This document shows, in pieces, positions 25,421 through 38,360 of a stretch of 64,000 bases of DNA. A program made the translations under genes and the position numbers. The notes under the pieces were generated by a model, which worked only from the letters and a program-made list of their open reading frames with translations, was not told the DNA's origin and ran no database searches. The stretch lies in NCBI RefSeq assembly GCF_030028105.1, contig NC_092383.1, positions 87,191,921 through 87,255,920 of the forward strand. The letters run 5' to 3'. Numbering within the stretch: the first letter of the stretch is position 1; each line of letters opens with the position of its first letter. This DNA is from Mobula birostris. Lineage: Eukaryota.

Positions 25421-26299
25421 CAATTGACGTTATTGTCTTGAAATCATTGTCTTTCCTGGGCCATTTCAGTGGGGCAATCAGTAAAGAACATTACTGGAAC
25501 TGGAATCCAAGGTAAACCAGGGTGGGTAGGGATGAAAGGTTTCTCTCCTTAAAGGCCATTCCAATCCAGATGGGATTCTGACAATCTGGCAAGTCATCAT
25601 TATCATTATCAATATGTGGTTTTTAGTTCCAGAAATAATTAATAGATTGGATCTAAACACTCAATACATTTTTAAAGAATTTAATGTCAAACTAGATTTC
25701 TATATACTAAAGTAACAACCTTTGTTGCAGCACCTTCTAAATGGACATACAAGTATTTGACAGGTACAATATATATTATTTCCATTGGAACCAAAAGGCA
25801 CAGTTTCGGACATTATAAGGGGTTTCTTTGTGCAGTTTATTAATTTGTCTGTAAGTCGGGAGGAAGTCAGGACATTGGCCTCAAGAGATCCTATCAACCC
25901 GATCTGAATCCTAGAGTTCCCTGGAATCTGAGACACAGACGCATCCCAAATGAAACAGCTGGGATCTTTGTCGACATTTCAAAGGCTGACATATTCTGAA
26001 GTAACTGAAAGTTCAACACTGCGCTGTCCCTCAATACTGCACTGGAAGGTCAGCCCTGGGTTTCTGCTCAGGACTCCAGAGTGGGAAGTGAACCCACAAT
26101 GTACTGACACAGGGTAGAGAGCACTGACACAGCTGACACAGTAACAGCACTGACTGCACTTCACACCAAAATCATTGACTGTGGTGTCATGGACCACTCT
26201 CTGGGCATGACCTGCACCTGTTTCCACCGTCATGTTCAAAAATGTTTGTTTGCATTGAGTTGTTCCCTTCAAATCTGAAAATGCCTTCCTCAGTTTCAG

Positions 26300-26614
26300 G
26301 TGCATTGTGGGCAGAGAAATATGTAAGAGGAGTTGTGGGAAGAGCGATCACAATCGATTGTTACTATGAAGCAAGGTACAGCTCACACACAAAGTATTGG
26401 TGCCGTGGATGGACTCGTCGCTGTTCAGTTTTAGTGGAAACAAATGGGCAACACAGACGGAGTAGACGAGTGTCAATCACAGATAATTTGAAACAGAAAA
26501 TATTTACTGTTACTATGGAGCATCTTCGCTCTAGGGATACAGGATGGTACAGCTGTGCGATTACAACAGCAGTCGCTGATCCGAGATTTAATGTACATCT
26601 ACAAGTATCTGATG
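26300..26614 (+). CDS. Ig V-type exon 1, CD300/pIgR/MDIR-like
   Basis: TTTCAG acceptor, GTAGGT donor, 315 nt, phase 1-1, open. Motifs ITIDCYY, TKYWCR, extra C-C' Cys (RRCS), FTVTM..L...DTGWYSC. Confidence 0.93.
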
Positions 26615-27029
26615 GTAGGTTTTTCAGTGATTAACTTTGTGCCTTCTATAAAGTAAGTGTCTCTTGATCTTTGCCCAGACATTGTCCATCCTTCACTATC
26701 TCTGCATTCATACCAGTGCCAAATGTTCCCTTCTGTGTGGTAGGCCACTGAACCCAGTCACAAATTAATTATCTCCTGAAAGCCACCAAACAGATATCTC
26801 ACATTACTGTGGAATTATAAGACCAGTTTTCAACAGGAGATTTAATTTACATCTGCAAGTAAAGTAAGTGTCTCATGATCTTCGTCCCCACCCTGTCCAT
26901 CCTTCACTATTTCTGCATTTACATCAATGCCACATGCTTCCGTCACTAAATCCAGTCACAATATCATTTTCTCCAGAAAGACAGCAAACATATGACAGAT
27001 ATCTCACATTACTGTCTTTAAACAAGCAG

Positions 27030-27580
27030 GAGCAACTTTATTTGGTACCTCCCACACCTAATAAAGTGGCCACTGATTGGATGTTCCTGGTCTTCTGCTT
27101 CTGTGTCCCATCCACTTCCAGGTTCGATATGTTGTATTTTCAGATGCTCTTCAGCACACCACTGTCATAACACACGGTTATTTGAATTCCTGTCACCTTT
27201 CTGTCAGCTTGAACCAGTCAGGCCATTCTGTCATTAACAAGGCATTTTTGTTCATAGAATTGCTGCTCTCTGTATGTTTTATTTTATGTTGTTCACACCA
27301 TTCTCTGTAAACTCTCAAGACAGATGTATGTGAAAATCCCAGGAGATCAGTATGTTCTGAGATTCTCAAACTACCCCATGTGGCCCCATCAATTATTTCA
27401 TGGTCAAAGTCACTTAGATCACATTTCTTCCTCATTCTGATGTTTGGCCTGAACAACAACCAAACCTCTTGACCATGTCTGCAGGCATTTATGGACTGTG
27501 TTGCTGCCATGTGATTGACTAATTAGGTATGTGCATTAACAAGCAGCTGAACAGGTGTATCTACTAAAGTGGCAGAAGAC
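27030..27580 (-). mobile_element. Tc1-like non-autonomous element
   Basis: MRKKCDLSDFDHEII...LLGFSHTSVLRVYREWC (Tc1 paired-like HTH). Degenerate CACTTTATTAGGTACACCT-type TIRs at both ends. Confidence 0.8.
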
Positions 27581-27634
27581 TGTTGGATTTTCAGATGTTC
27601 ATTCAGTGTCTGAATGTTTAATTCTTTCCCACAG

Positions 27635-27955
27635 AACATGTTTCTGTTCCAGTGATTCAATATCAGTCACCAGCATATGTGTCACGTCTCGGGGGCTCAG
27701 TGTCAGTGTCCTGTGAGTCTTTCCAGGGATCCCTTCCCATTCAGTACCGATGGTATGAAAAATCCTCACATGGTGATCCAAAGATCTCAGATACCAATGA
27801 ACTGGCTCTACATTGTCAATCCTTCAACCAGCAGCACCATCAATATTATTGCAGTGCCTCGAATCGGCTTGGAGCAAGATCCAGTGCGATAGTTAAAGTG
27901 ACAGTCTTCAACAACGGAGAGATCTGCAGTTATGTGACAGAAATCAATGGCACCA
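27635..27955 (+). CDS. Ig C2-type exon 1 with a Cys-containing C-terminal extension
   Basis: CCCACAG acceptor, GTAAGT donor, 321 nt, phase 1-1, open. Motifs GGSVSVSCES..GSLPIQYRWY and YYCSASNRLG. Confidence 0.92.
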
Positions 27956-28129
27956 GTAAGTTCTAATTTCAAGGGAGGATACATTTAAATATTTCTTTTT
28001 GTTACTCTGTTACTGCTGCTCTTATACTTATAGTGAGGATAAGGAATTTCTTTACATTTGTAAAAGCTACACATTGCAGAGACCATGGGGTAGAAATAAA
28101 GTGTAGTGAACAGTTATGTCCGTCACTTA

Positions 28130-28512
28130 GTCATGGAGATGTGGACCACCTCTTACATAGTTGGACTTGCACATCCAGTTGAAAGCATTCCATTCATACT
28201 TCTGCCTTCTGCTTTGAAAAGGCTGGAATAGGTGTTGAGTTATGAGACAGTGATACTCATAAAAATCAAAGGAAGGACAGGCCTGCAGATAGATTGTCAC
28301 CAGGACCAGATGGACTGCACCCCACCGTTCTGAAAGACTTTGTGGAGGTATATGTGGTGAACTTTCAATAAGAATTAGACTCTGGAATTTTCCCAAGGAC
28401 TGGAAATTTGGAAGTGTCACTCCACACCTTAAGCAGGAAAGGAGGCAAAAGAAAGGAAATTATAGACCCATCAGTGGTTGGGAAGATGTTGGAGTCCATT
28501 ATTAAGAACAAG
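28130..28512 (+). mobile_element. CR1 ORF2 fragment split by an insertion (resumes at 29841)
   Basis: KQERRQKKGNYRP and GKMLESIIKN pieces; continues KVLGYLEGFDKI after 29861. Confidence 0.7.
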
Positions 28513-29840
28513 CTTTTGCTTCGCGAAAATCCATGAAAGCAGAGGGGTGGCCCAAAGAATGAGTGACTGTTAAACATTAGAACACCAAAGCCCCCCCAGC
28601 TCTCCCCTCCCATACACAAGCAGTAGCAAGGCAATGACCCCCCCCCCCCGCCTCACCACACCAGCTAAGAAAGCACCGGCACCCTCCACCGAGCACTCAA
28701 GCGTGCAGCAAAGTATCAATAAAGCCATAGACTTGCAGTACCTCAAAGACTACTCGTTCACCCAGTTATTCAATATACTACAGGGTCTCTCTCTCCCTAA
28801 TAAGAGAAAAAGAGGTGTCTCTTTTTCTCAGCGAGAGGGAGCATAAAACAAACAACTCATTGATTTATAATGTTAAATGGCTGTTGCATTGCTTTTTCCG
28901 AGCTCCATGCCCCGAGGGTTGGTCCCAGGGCTCAGGTCTCAGGACACCCAGCTGGCAGCTAACCCACTGCTCCCGATGTTCCATGTTCCATGTTCTCCAG
29001 TGACACCTCAGTCAGGGGCACCGGTCGAGAATCAGCCTGTCCCCAGAGCCACAAAAATCCGGCACCCTGAATGCACGCTTGTCTTCCAGGCCGCGTCCTT
29101 GGGGTATTAAGGCCAGTGGTGAGGCCCTGATAGCAGGTTACATTCCCGCAAATATCTGGTCAGAGTCACAGTCTTCCAAAGAACTTTGATAAAGAAAAAA
29201 AACATATATCAAAAACAGAAATAGAGCCATTCTCAAAGATGCAAGCAAAGTGGTAATGTTGCAGCTATATAGGACCCTGGTCAGACCCCACTTGGAGTAC
29301 TGTGCTCGTTTCTGGTCACCTCACTGCAGGAAGGATGTGGAAACTATAGAAAGGGTGTAGAGGAGATTTACAAGGATGTTGCCTGGATTGGGGAGCATGC
29401 CTTATGAGAATAGGTTGAGTGAACTCAGTCTTTTCTCCTTGGAGCGACGGAGGATGAGAGGTGACCTGATAGAGGTGTATAAGATGATGAGAGGCATTGA
29501 TCGTGTGGATAGCCAGAGGCTTTTGCCCAGGGCTGAAATGGCTAACACGAGAGGGCACAGTTTTAAGTTTCTTGGAAGTAGGTACAGAAGCGATGTCAGG
29601 GATAAGTCTCTTACGCAGAGAGTGGTGAGTGCGTGGAATGGGCTGCTGGCGACAGTGGTGGATAGGGTTTTTTAAGAGACTCCTGGATAGGTACATGTCA
29701 CCCGAGGTAACTTCTAAAATATGTACATGTTCAGCACCTCATTGTGGGCCAAAGGGCCTGTATTGTGCTGTACGTTTTCTATGTTTCCATGTTTCAAAGC
29801 AGTTGCCATTTTGCACCATCTTGACTTTGCTCCACCCTCC
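28513..29840 (-). mobile_element. Unclassified non-autonomous element with a 21-bp TSD, containing a CR1 insert
   Basis: GAGTCCATTATTAAGAACAAG at 28492-28512 and 29841-29861. Non-coding; CAAGATGG motif near the presumed 5' end. Confidence 0.6.
29220..29810 (+). mobile_element. CR1 3' fragment
   Basis: LVRPHLEYC and LFSLERRRMRGDLIEVYKMMRG, plus a GGGCC-AAGGGCCTG hairpin and TTCTATG-type tail. Confidence 0.9.
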
Positions 29841-29959
29841 GAGTCCATTATTAAGAACAAGGTTTTGGGGTACTTGGAGGGATTTGATAAAATATGTTTT
29901 CCATATCGGGAAATCTTGTCTGAAAAACCAACCTCAGAAAGCAAGGGTGTTCCTTTCTT

Positions 29960-30153
29960 TTATTTATTTACTGATAGAGTGCAGAGTAGGTCCTTACAGC
30001 CCTTCAAGCCACACAGGCCCAGCAACCCTCGACAAACCTGATTAACTACATCCTAATCACAGGACAATCAACAAAGACCAATTAATCTTTCCGATATGTC
30101 TGTGGACTGTGGGAGGAAACGGGACCACCCAGGGGAAACACCACGCATTCCAC
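29960..30153 (-). mobile_element. V-SINE (HE1-like) fragment
   Basis: Minus strand GGTCCCGTTTCCTCCCACAGTCCACAGAC matches the V-SINE central domain. Confidence 0.7.
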
Positions 30154-31089
30154 ATGTCCAACATGCTGATTCCGTTCATTAGAACGGAGATGAGGAGTTT
30201 ATTTAGCTAGAGGGCGTTGAATCTGTGGAATTAATTACCACAGACGGCTTTTGAGGCTGACCAATTGGGTTTATTGAAAATGGAGCATGATATTTTTGTG
30301 CTTAGTAATGGCATCAAAGATTACGGGAAGAAGTCAGGAGAATGGGATTGAGTGGGATAATAACTCAACCATGATGGAATGGTGGGACAGACTCTATGAG
30401 CAAAATGGTTTAATTCTGCTCCTGTGTCTTATGGTCCCATTGTCTTATGGTCATCACTATCTTTAGAATTTCATGAACAGTCCAAGTAAATCACTGACTA
30501 CTTAAACTGAGTTTCAGGTTGCTGATTAAAATAAAGGGAACCCATACCTTCTATTTGAGTCTATGCACAGATATGAGCAAGTCTGCCACATTTCATGGCT
30601 GTGAACAGGATAATAAGCTTTCAAAATCCATGTAAAACAGTATAGGAATGTCAGTCCTATGCGAAGGATTGGCAAGTCTTCAGCTTACTGCTCCATGAGG
30701 TTTACCTGTCTCTGTGCTGAACTGAGCTGGTGGCCTGTAATTAACGGCTCCTTAATTGTCTGCAGTGATGACTGGCTTTATGGCTGTGGACTTACATTTG
30801 TGAATTTCAGTTCTGAATTTATTTACTTACTTTTATTCTTTGCATGATTTATTTTTTTTACTACACATTGTGCATTTGACAGTGTTTTTTAATGGATTCT
30901 ATAGTTTTTTTTGTTTGGTGGCTGCTTATAAAGAGAAAATCTGAAGGCTGTATATAGTATTCATACTTGGGCATTAAATATACTTTGAATTTTGAAATTG
31001 AACTGTAATATGATTGGCTGTGATCCAATAAGCTGTCACACCAATGCAATGAAATAGAATTCTGATTTTAACCTTTCAAAAGTATGTTA

Positions 31090-31467
31090 CAGTTTAGAGA
31101 GGATGCAGCAAAGTCATAGAGATATAGGCTATGGAAACAGGTGCTTCAGCTGAAATCGTCCATGCTGACCACAGTGTCTTCCTGAGTTTCTCCCATTTCC
31201 TCACAATTGGCTGGTATCCTTCTAGAGCTTTCCTGTCCATGAACTTGTCCTAATCTGTTTGAAATATTGTTTGTGTACCCACCTCTAGCTCTTCCTCTGG
31301 CAGCCTTTTCCACGTACACACTGCACTGTTCTGTGTGGAAAACACTGCCCCTCCAAGAATCTCCCTTCTCACCTTAACCGGATGCTATCTGGTTTCCAAC
31401 TCCCCTACTCTGGGATAAAGACTGTGATTATCCACCATACCTTTGCCCCTCTTAATTTGTAAACCTC
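31090..31467 (-). mobile_element. CR1 3' fragment split by L1 (resumes at 36381-36730)
   Basis: AAACCTCT | ATAAGGTCACC joins into continuous CR1 sequence across the L1. Confidence 0.7.
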
Positions 31468-34400
31468 TTTCTTTGTTTCCTTTCCAATCTTTTTATCCAT
31501 TTCAAAATTATAAACGTAACATAGTATTGATACAAAATTATTGGGATTATATTGTTGTAATTAACATATTTAAATATAAACCCAGTTGACGCACGGGTAT
31601 TAAATCCCCCAATCATAGAAGATACATATATAATATACAAAAGAAATTTTTTAAATATAACATGAAAAAAGAAAAAATATATATATACTCCAAAAGAAAA
31701 ACTAACCAAAACAATACTAACCAACTAAACTAAAAAAAAAAGAAAAGAAAGACATGGGCTGTTATGTAACATCAAAAAAAAAAGAATCATTAGTGTTGTT
31801 GACTCCGCTCCTTTCGACATATATTAAAAAGAAATAGAATAGGTTTGGAAAAGGTCAAATTACATCATACGAAAGTATTGAATAAATGGCCTCCAAGTCT
31901 TTTCGAATTTAATAGAGGGATCACGAATAACACTTATAATTTTTTCTAAGTTTCAACAGAGCATAGTTTGAGAGAACCAATGAAATGTGATGGGAGGATT
32001 GATCTCTTTCCCATTCAGCAAATGGATCTTCTAGCCATTAATGTAAGAAATGCAATCAACCGACGAGCTGAAGAGGTTAAATGAATTGATTCTATCATTG
32101 GTAACCCAAAAATTGCAGTAATAGGGTAAGGTTGTAAATCAATATTCAGAACAGTTGAAATAATATCAAAATATTATTTTTTCAAAAAAGGACATGACCA
32201 AAACATATGAGTTAAAGAAGCTATCTCAGAGTGACGTCTATCACATACAGGATTTATATGAGAGTAATAATGAGCTAATTTATCCTTAGACATATGAGCC
32301 CTATGCACTACTTTAAACTGTATCAATGCATATTTAGCACATATAGAGGATGAGTTAACTAATTGAAGAATTTTTTTCCAATTTTTAAATTGGTAAAGTA
32401 ATCATAAGTTCCCTTTCCCAATCAGTCTTAACTTTATTAGATATGTCTGGAAGTATTTTCATTATCATCTCATAAATAGTTGCTATTACACCTTTCTGAA
32501 AAGTATTTAAATCTAATTTTTTTTCCAAAATATCCATTGAATATAAATTTGGGAAGGTAGGAAGAGCAGTATTTAAAAATTTTCTGATCTGTAAATATCT
32601 AAAAAAAATGGGATCTAGGCAAATTATATTTATTAGATAATTGTTCAAAGGACATGAAACAATTATCCAAAAATAGATCACAAAATCATACTATACCTTT
32701 AGTTTTCCAAGCCAAATAGGCTTGATCCATGATTGAGGGTTGAAAGAAGAAATTAGATATAATAGGCTTGATAGCATTGATCCAACCTATCAATGATAGA
32801 GACATTGGTGACCATTTAGTAAACAGAAGTTTAATCTGATCAACTAAAGGTGAAAAAAAAGCCTTAAACAAATCCTTATGCTTTTTTGTAGTTTTAACCC
32901 CTAAATATGTAAAAAAAAAAGTTGGTAACTAATTTAAATAGTAAACATCCATAAATGGGAACCTGAATATTTTGGAGAAATAGTTCACTCTTATTAAGGT
33001 TCAATCTGTAACCAGAAAAATTACTAAACTGAGCCAACAAGGATAAAACAGTGGGAATGGACTTCTCAGGATTAGAAATGTGTAATAACAAATCATCTGT
33101 AAATAATGATAACTTATGTACTTCATTTGCACGGGTAATAGCAAAAATGTTAGGTAAGTCTCGGATAGCAATTGCTAAGGGTTCAAGGGCAATATCAAAT
33201 AATAACGGAGTAAGAGGACATCCCTGCCTAGTACTCCGAGATAAGCGGAAAAAGGAAGATCTTTGATTGTTAGTAAAAACCGAAGCTACAGGGGTATGAT
33301 ATATCAATTTTAATCCAAGATATAAATATCGAACTAAAATTAAATTTCTCAAGCACACTAAATAAATATGGCCATTCAATTCTGTCAAAAGCTTTCTCAG
33401 TATCTAATGAAATAACACATTCTGGAGTACTAAATGCATGAGTATAAACAATACTCATTAACCTCCTAATATTAAAAGTTGAATAACGATTTTTAATAAA
33501 TCCAGTTTGGTCCACAGAGATAATTTGAGGTAATACCTTCTCCAAACTAGTTGCTAATACTTTAAAAAAATTTTAGAATCTACATTCAGGAGAGATATCG
33601 GTCTGTATGATGTACAATCAGTAGGATCTTTATTCTTTTTAAGAATTAAAGAAATAGAGCTCCATAAAATGATTGTGGTAATTTACCCAATCTAATTGCT
33701 TCTTTAAAACTCTAGACAACCAAGGAGAAAGAGTAGAAGAAAAAAACATAAAAAATTCCACTGTAAAACCATCTGGACCAGGTGCTTTGCCAGAATTCAT
33801 TCAGGAAATAACAGCTATTATTTCTTCATCCCTAATAAGAATTTCTATTGTTAAACATTCTTCGGGTGATAATTTCAGAAAATTCAATTTCTTTAAAAAG
33901 TCATGAGTGTTGGGATCATGAAGAAATTCAGAATGATATTGAAGTATAACATTTCTGAGAAGATTTGTTTACCTCATCATGATTAACTGTCAAGGTGTCA
34001 TCATGTTTGCGAATCTTGATAGTTTGATGTTTAACCGAAGCTGTTTTCAATTGATTAGCTAATAATCAATTCACGATGCTGAGAATGTTCTACGAGTCTG
34101 TGGTGGCCAGTGCTATTATGTTTGCTGTTGTGTGCTGGGGCAGCAGGCTGAGGGTAGCAGACACCAACAGAATCAACAACCTCATTCGTAAGGCCAGTGA
34201 TGTTGTAGGGATGGAACTGGACTCTCTCACGGTGGTGTCTGAAAAGAGGATGCTGTCCAAGTTGCATGCCATCTTGGACAATGTCTCCCATCCACTACAT
34301 AATGGACTGCTTGGGCACAGGAGTACATTCAGCCAGAGACTCATTCCGCCGAGATGCAACACTGAGTGTCATAGGAAGTCATTCCTGCCTGTGGCCATCA

Positions 34401-36380
34401 AACTTTACAACTCCTCCCTTGGAGGGTCAGACACCCTGAGCCAATAGGGTGGTCCTGGACTTATTTCCTGGCATAATTTACATATGATTATTTAATTATT
34501 TATGGTTTTCTATGGCTATATTTATACTCTGTTCTTGGTTGGTGCAACTGTAACGAAACCAAATTTCTCTCGGGATCAATAAAGTATGACTATGACTATG
34601 ACTATGACTAATTTACCCAATATGTCACTATGTGTATAAAGCTCACTTCCAGTTTTCATTAATTGATTTTCAATCAAGGATGTTAATAATAAGCTACGTT
34701 CCACTTGAAGTTAGACTCTCTGTTTATAAAGCTCCTTACTAGGAGCAATAGATTATTTCTTATCAATTTCTTTAATTTTATCGACTAACAGAAGTGTTTC
34801 ATTCTTAATACGTTTTTTCAAACTAACAGAATAAGAAATAATCTGCCCACGGATATATGATTTAAAAGTGTCCCATACTGTCCCGTTAGAGACTTCTTCC
34901 ATAATATTAGCTGAAAAGAAGAGATCAATCTGTTCCTTCATAAACTTAACAGAATCCGGGTCTTGAAGCAGATTAGAATTAAATCGCCATTGTCTAATAC
35001 TGGGAGAAGTATCTATTAACTTGATAGAAAGTTTCAATGGAGCATGATCAGAAATGGCAGTAATGTCATAATTACAGTCAATTACAGAAGGAATTAAACG
35101 AGAATCAATAAAAAAAGTAGTGAATTCGAGAATGAGAATGATAAAAATGTGAGAAAAATGAAGACTCTTTATCCTTAGGGTATAAAAATTCTCCAAATTT
35201 CTGAAATTCCAGAGTCAATCATAAAAGAGTTGATAAGTGTAGCTGACTTATTCGGTAAAGCCTGCCTAGATATGGATCTATCCATGAGGGGATTCAAACA
35301 GCAATTAAAATCACCACCCATTATCAACGTATACTCATTTAAATTAGGAAAAGAAGTGAATAGATGCTTTAAAATTCGGGATAAACCATGTTTGGAGCAT
35401 AAACATTGACTGTAGCAAATTTGTTATTAAAAAGTTACCCAGTAATTAACAAAAATCTACCACCTGGGTCTGAAACAATGTCTTGATGAGTAAAGGTAAT
35501 TGAGGAATCTATGAAAATTGAAACTCCTTGCACTTTGGCCTGAGAGTTCGAGTGATACGTCTAGTCCTTCGAAAACCTAAAGTAACGTTGATTATCCTCT
35601 TTCATCACATGAGTTTCTTGAGCACAAATAATATGAGCATTCAGTTTTTGGAATACTTTAAAAATCTTCTTCCATTTAATTGGATGGTTTAAACTATTTG
35701 TATTCCAAGAGAGAAAATTAATAAATCTGAGCCATAATTTAAAGTCAACCCTTTGGTATATAAAGAGTTAACCATAATGTAAACTCATGAAATCAGAAGA
35801 GGAATAAACATTCAGAGAGACTGGAAGTTGCGACACTGCAGACATCTTTGTAATTCTGAATCAGCTCAACAGAAGAGCCGAATAATAAATGCAAAAAAAC
35901 CCCACCCTCCACCCATAAAGTCCCGAAACTAAGTGAGAAAGGGCTAGAAGGAGAACTAAGAACTAATACTAAATCTACCCCCATTTCTCCAGAAGGCAAC
36001 TCCAAAGCTATATGTTACAAAGAAAACACCCCAAAATCCAAAAAGAAAAATTAAACACTGTACTATAATAATCTTCATATTGTGATTTCTAAAATGAATG
36101 AAAAAAAAGTGTCGATATAAATTATTCATCAATTACAAACATAAATAATTGAAAATGGAACTTCAAAAAGAAGACAGGAATTATAGTGAGAAGGAACATG
36201 AAAAGATGACACAGTAAAAAGAACAACAGATAATATAAAGATAGGGAAACAGACCGCCATCTTAATTATACAAAGCAAAAAAAAAAACAAGATATTGCTC
36301 CATACAATGGAAATTCACTATCAAATCGGTAGTAATAATGTCAGAAATCAACTAATTAGAAGTTAACAAAATAAGGTCAC
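31468..36380 (-). mobile_element. 5'-truncated L1 (inter-ORF region, ORF2, 3' UTR), decayed; present only in copy 1
   Basis: DQTGFIKNRYS, ISLDTEKAFDRIEW, TRQGCPLTPLLF, LSLFTDDLL, AISDHAPL. A-rich tail at 31468. Confidence 0.92.
34073..34608 (+). mobile_element. Rex1/Babar 3' fragment with a (TATGAC)n tail, nested in L1
   Basis: MLRMFYESVVASAIMFAVVCWG...HRKSFLPVAIKLYN; ends AATAAAG(TATGAC)4. Confidence 0.88.
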
Positions 36381-38045
36381 CCATCAGCTCTGTTCACTTC
36401 AGGGGAAACTGTCCCAGCCTATCGATAACCCAGACCCTACAGTTCCAGTAGTATCTTTGTGAATGTTTTCTTTATCTTCTCTAATTTAATCACACTCTTC
36501 CTCTGGAACTGTACAGGGTAGACAAGGTGAGATCTTGTCAACCTCCTTTATAGTTGTAACATGCATTCCAACTGTACTTAATGCACATTCCAAGAAGGCA
36601 AGCCGGTCATACTTCTTGTTCAACACTTTGTCCACCTGTGCTGCCACTTTCAGGGACCAATGTAGTTGCACACCTCGTTCCCTACAGTGTAAGTTGTGTC
36701 TTTGTTTAATTTCCCAAAATGCCTGAGTTCAATTCCAACACCTGTTCCAATGGCCACTTTCCCAGTTCAATTTCAAAGTAATTTTATTACCAGACTCTGT
36801 ATACCATAAACAATCGAGAGATTCATCTTTTTGTAGATACCCACAAAACAAAGTAACACAATAGAATCCACAGCAAACCACACACAACAAAGAAGGACAA
36901 ACATCTAATGTGCAAAAGAGGATGGATAGTATAAATAATAAGAACATGTAAACAATGAATACATGGAACATGAGACGCGGAGTCCCTGAAAGTGAGTCCA
37001 CAGCTGCAGAGTCCGTTCACACTGAGATGAGTGAAGCCAATCCAGGAGCCCCATAGCTGCAGATCACCATGTGCTGACAAACCCGGCGGCGTAGGCCCCT
37101 AGACTCCAGCACCTCCCACCTGATGGTAGTAGCGAGAAGAGAGGGAGACGGGTCAAATGCAGGCAGATGGAACAGGCTCAATTGGGGGTTGTTGCTGGCA
37201 CAGAGTAATGGGGCTGAACACTGGATCATTTTCCAGGTCCCTTTGTAAACTTCGACAACTCTTTCCACCGTCCACCGCACTACAGTGTCATCCACACATT
37301 ATTAATCATGTCACCTACATTATCATTACAAACTATTCATATCGATGACAAATAACCGTGGTTAATAAGTAACAGCACTGATCCCAATGGTACACCACTG
37401 ATGATAATGTCTGATGTTGTCAGAAAACCAACTCCGCACTATCACAATCTGACTGCTTCCATCATCAAAAAACTCAGTCAGTTTTAGAGAGAAGATTTCC
37501 TGTGCACAAAATCATGTTGACAATCCCAAATCAGATCTTGCCTTTTCAAATTCAGGTACATCCTGTCTCACACTGTCACCTAGAGTAAATTACCCACCAC
37601 TGATCTTGTGCTCACCTGCCTGGAATGGGACTGGATCAGTAATCTATTGACTCAGAAATGTGGAAACACACCGAGACATTAGTGGGCAGTGACAATGATG
37701 ACTCCAATCAAATAAAAATCATTACATATGAAGAGCTAGGAGCACGAGATGAGGGACGATGCTGTTGTCTTCTCAGTCCATGTGGAATTCAATTGTACCA
37801 AATAATAGTGTGGCAGATTACTTAGAGCACAGCGACAGCTATAAATAAAACAACTTTAATTTTAGTCTATTCTTTATATTGTGTGTTTTTTTTTTGTTCT
37901 CCATCAGATCCAAAGTTACAATGATTTTGTTTGCCTTCACACTTGTGCTTAGGAAATGACATTAAACAATCTTGAATCTTGGATCTGATTGTGTAAATTT
38001 GATTTTACCTGTCCATTTTCTGAAGAACTTCTCCCTCAGTTTCAG

Positions 38046-38360
38046 GTGCTTTATGGGCAGAAGATAAAGTAAGAGGAGTTGTGGGAAGAGCGATCACAAT
38101 CGATTGTCACTATGCACCAATGTACCGTTCACACACAAAGTATTTGTGCCGCATGTGGGATCGCCAATGCACATCATTAGTGAATACAAATGGACAAAGT
38201 GAGCAGTATGGAAGAACGACAATCAGAGATAACACATCCCTGGGAATATTTACTGCTACTATGGAGAATCTTTTCTCTCGAGATACAGGACTTTACAGAT
38301 GCGGGATTGCAACATTTGGCAATCGTCCAGCCTTTGACATTTATGTAGAAGTTTCTGACG
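38046..38360 (+). CDS. Ig V-type exon 2
   Basis: TTTCAG acceptor, GTAGGT donor, 315 nt, phase 1-1, open. ITIDCHY, TKYLCR, DTGLYRC. Confidence 0.92.

Noticed and set aside
34586-34608. CRISPR-like or functional short repeat arrays (also 49591-49610 and 17697-17790)
   Set aside because: Simple LINE tails and GA microsatellite with no unique spacers; eukaryotic context.
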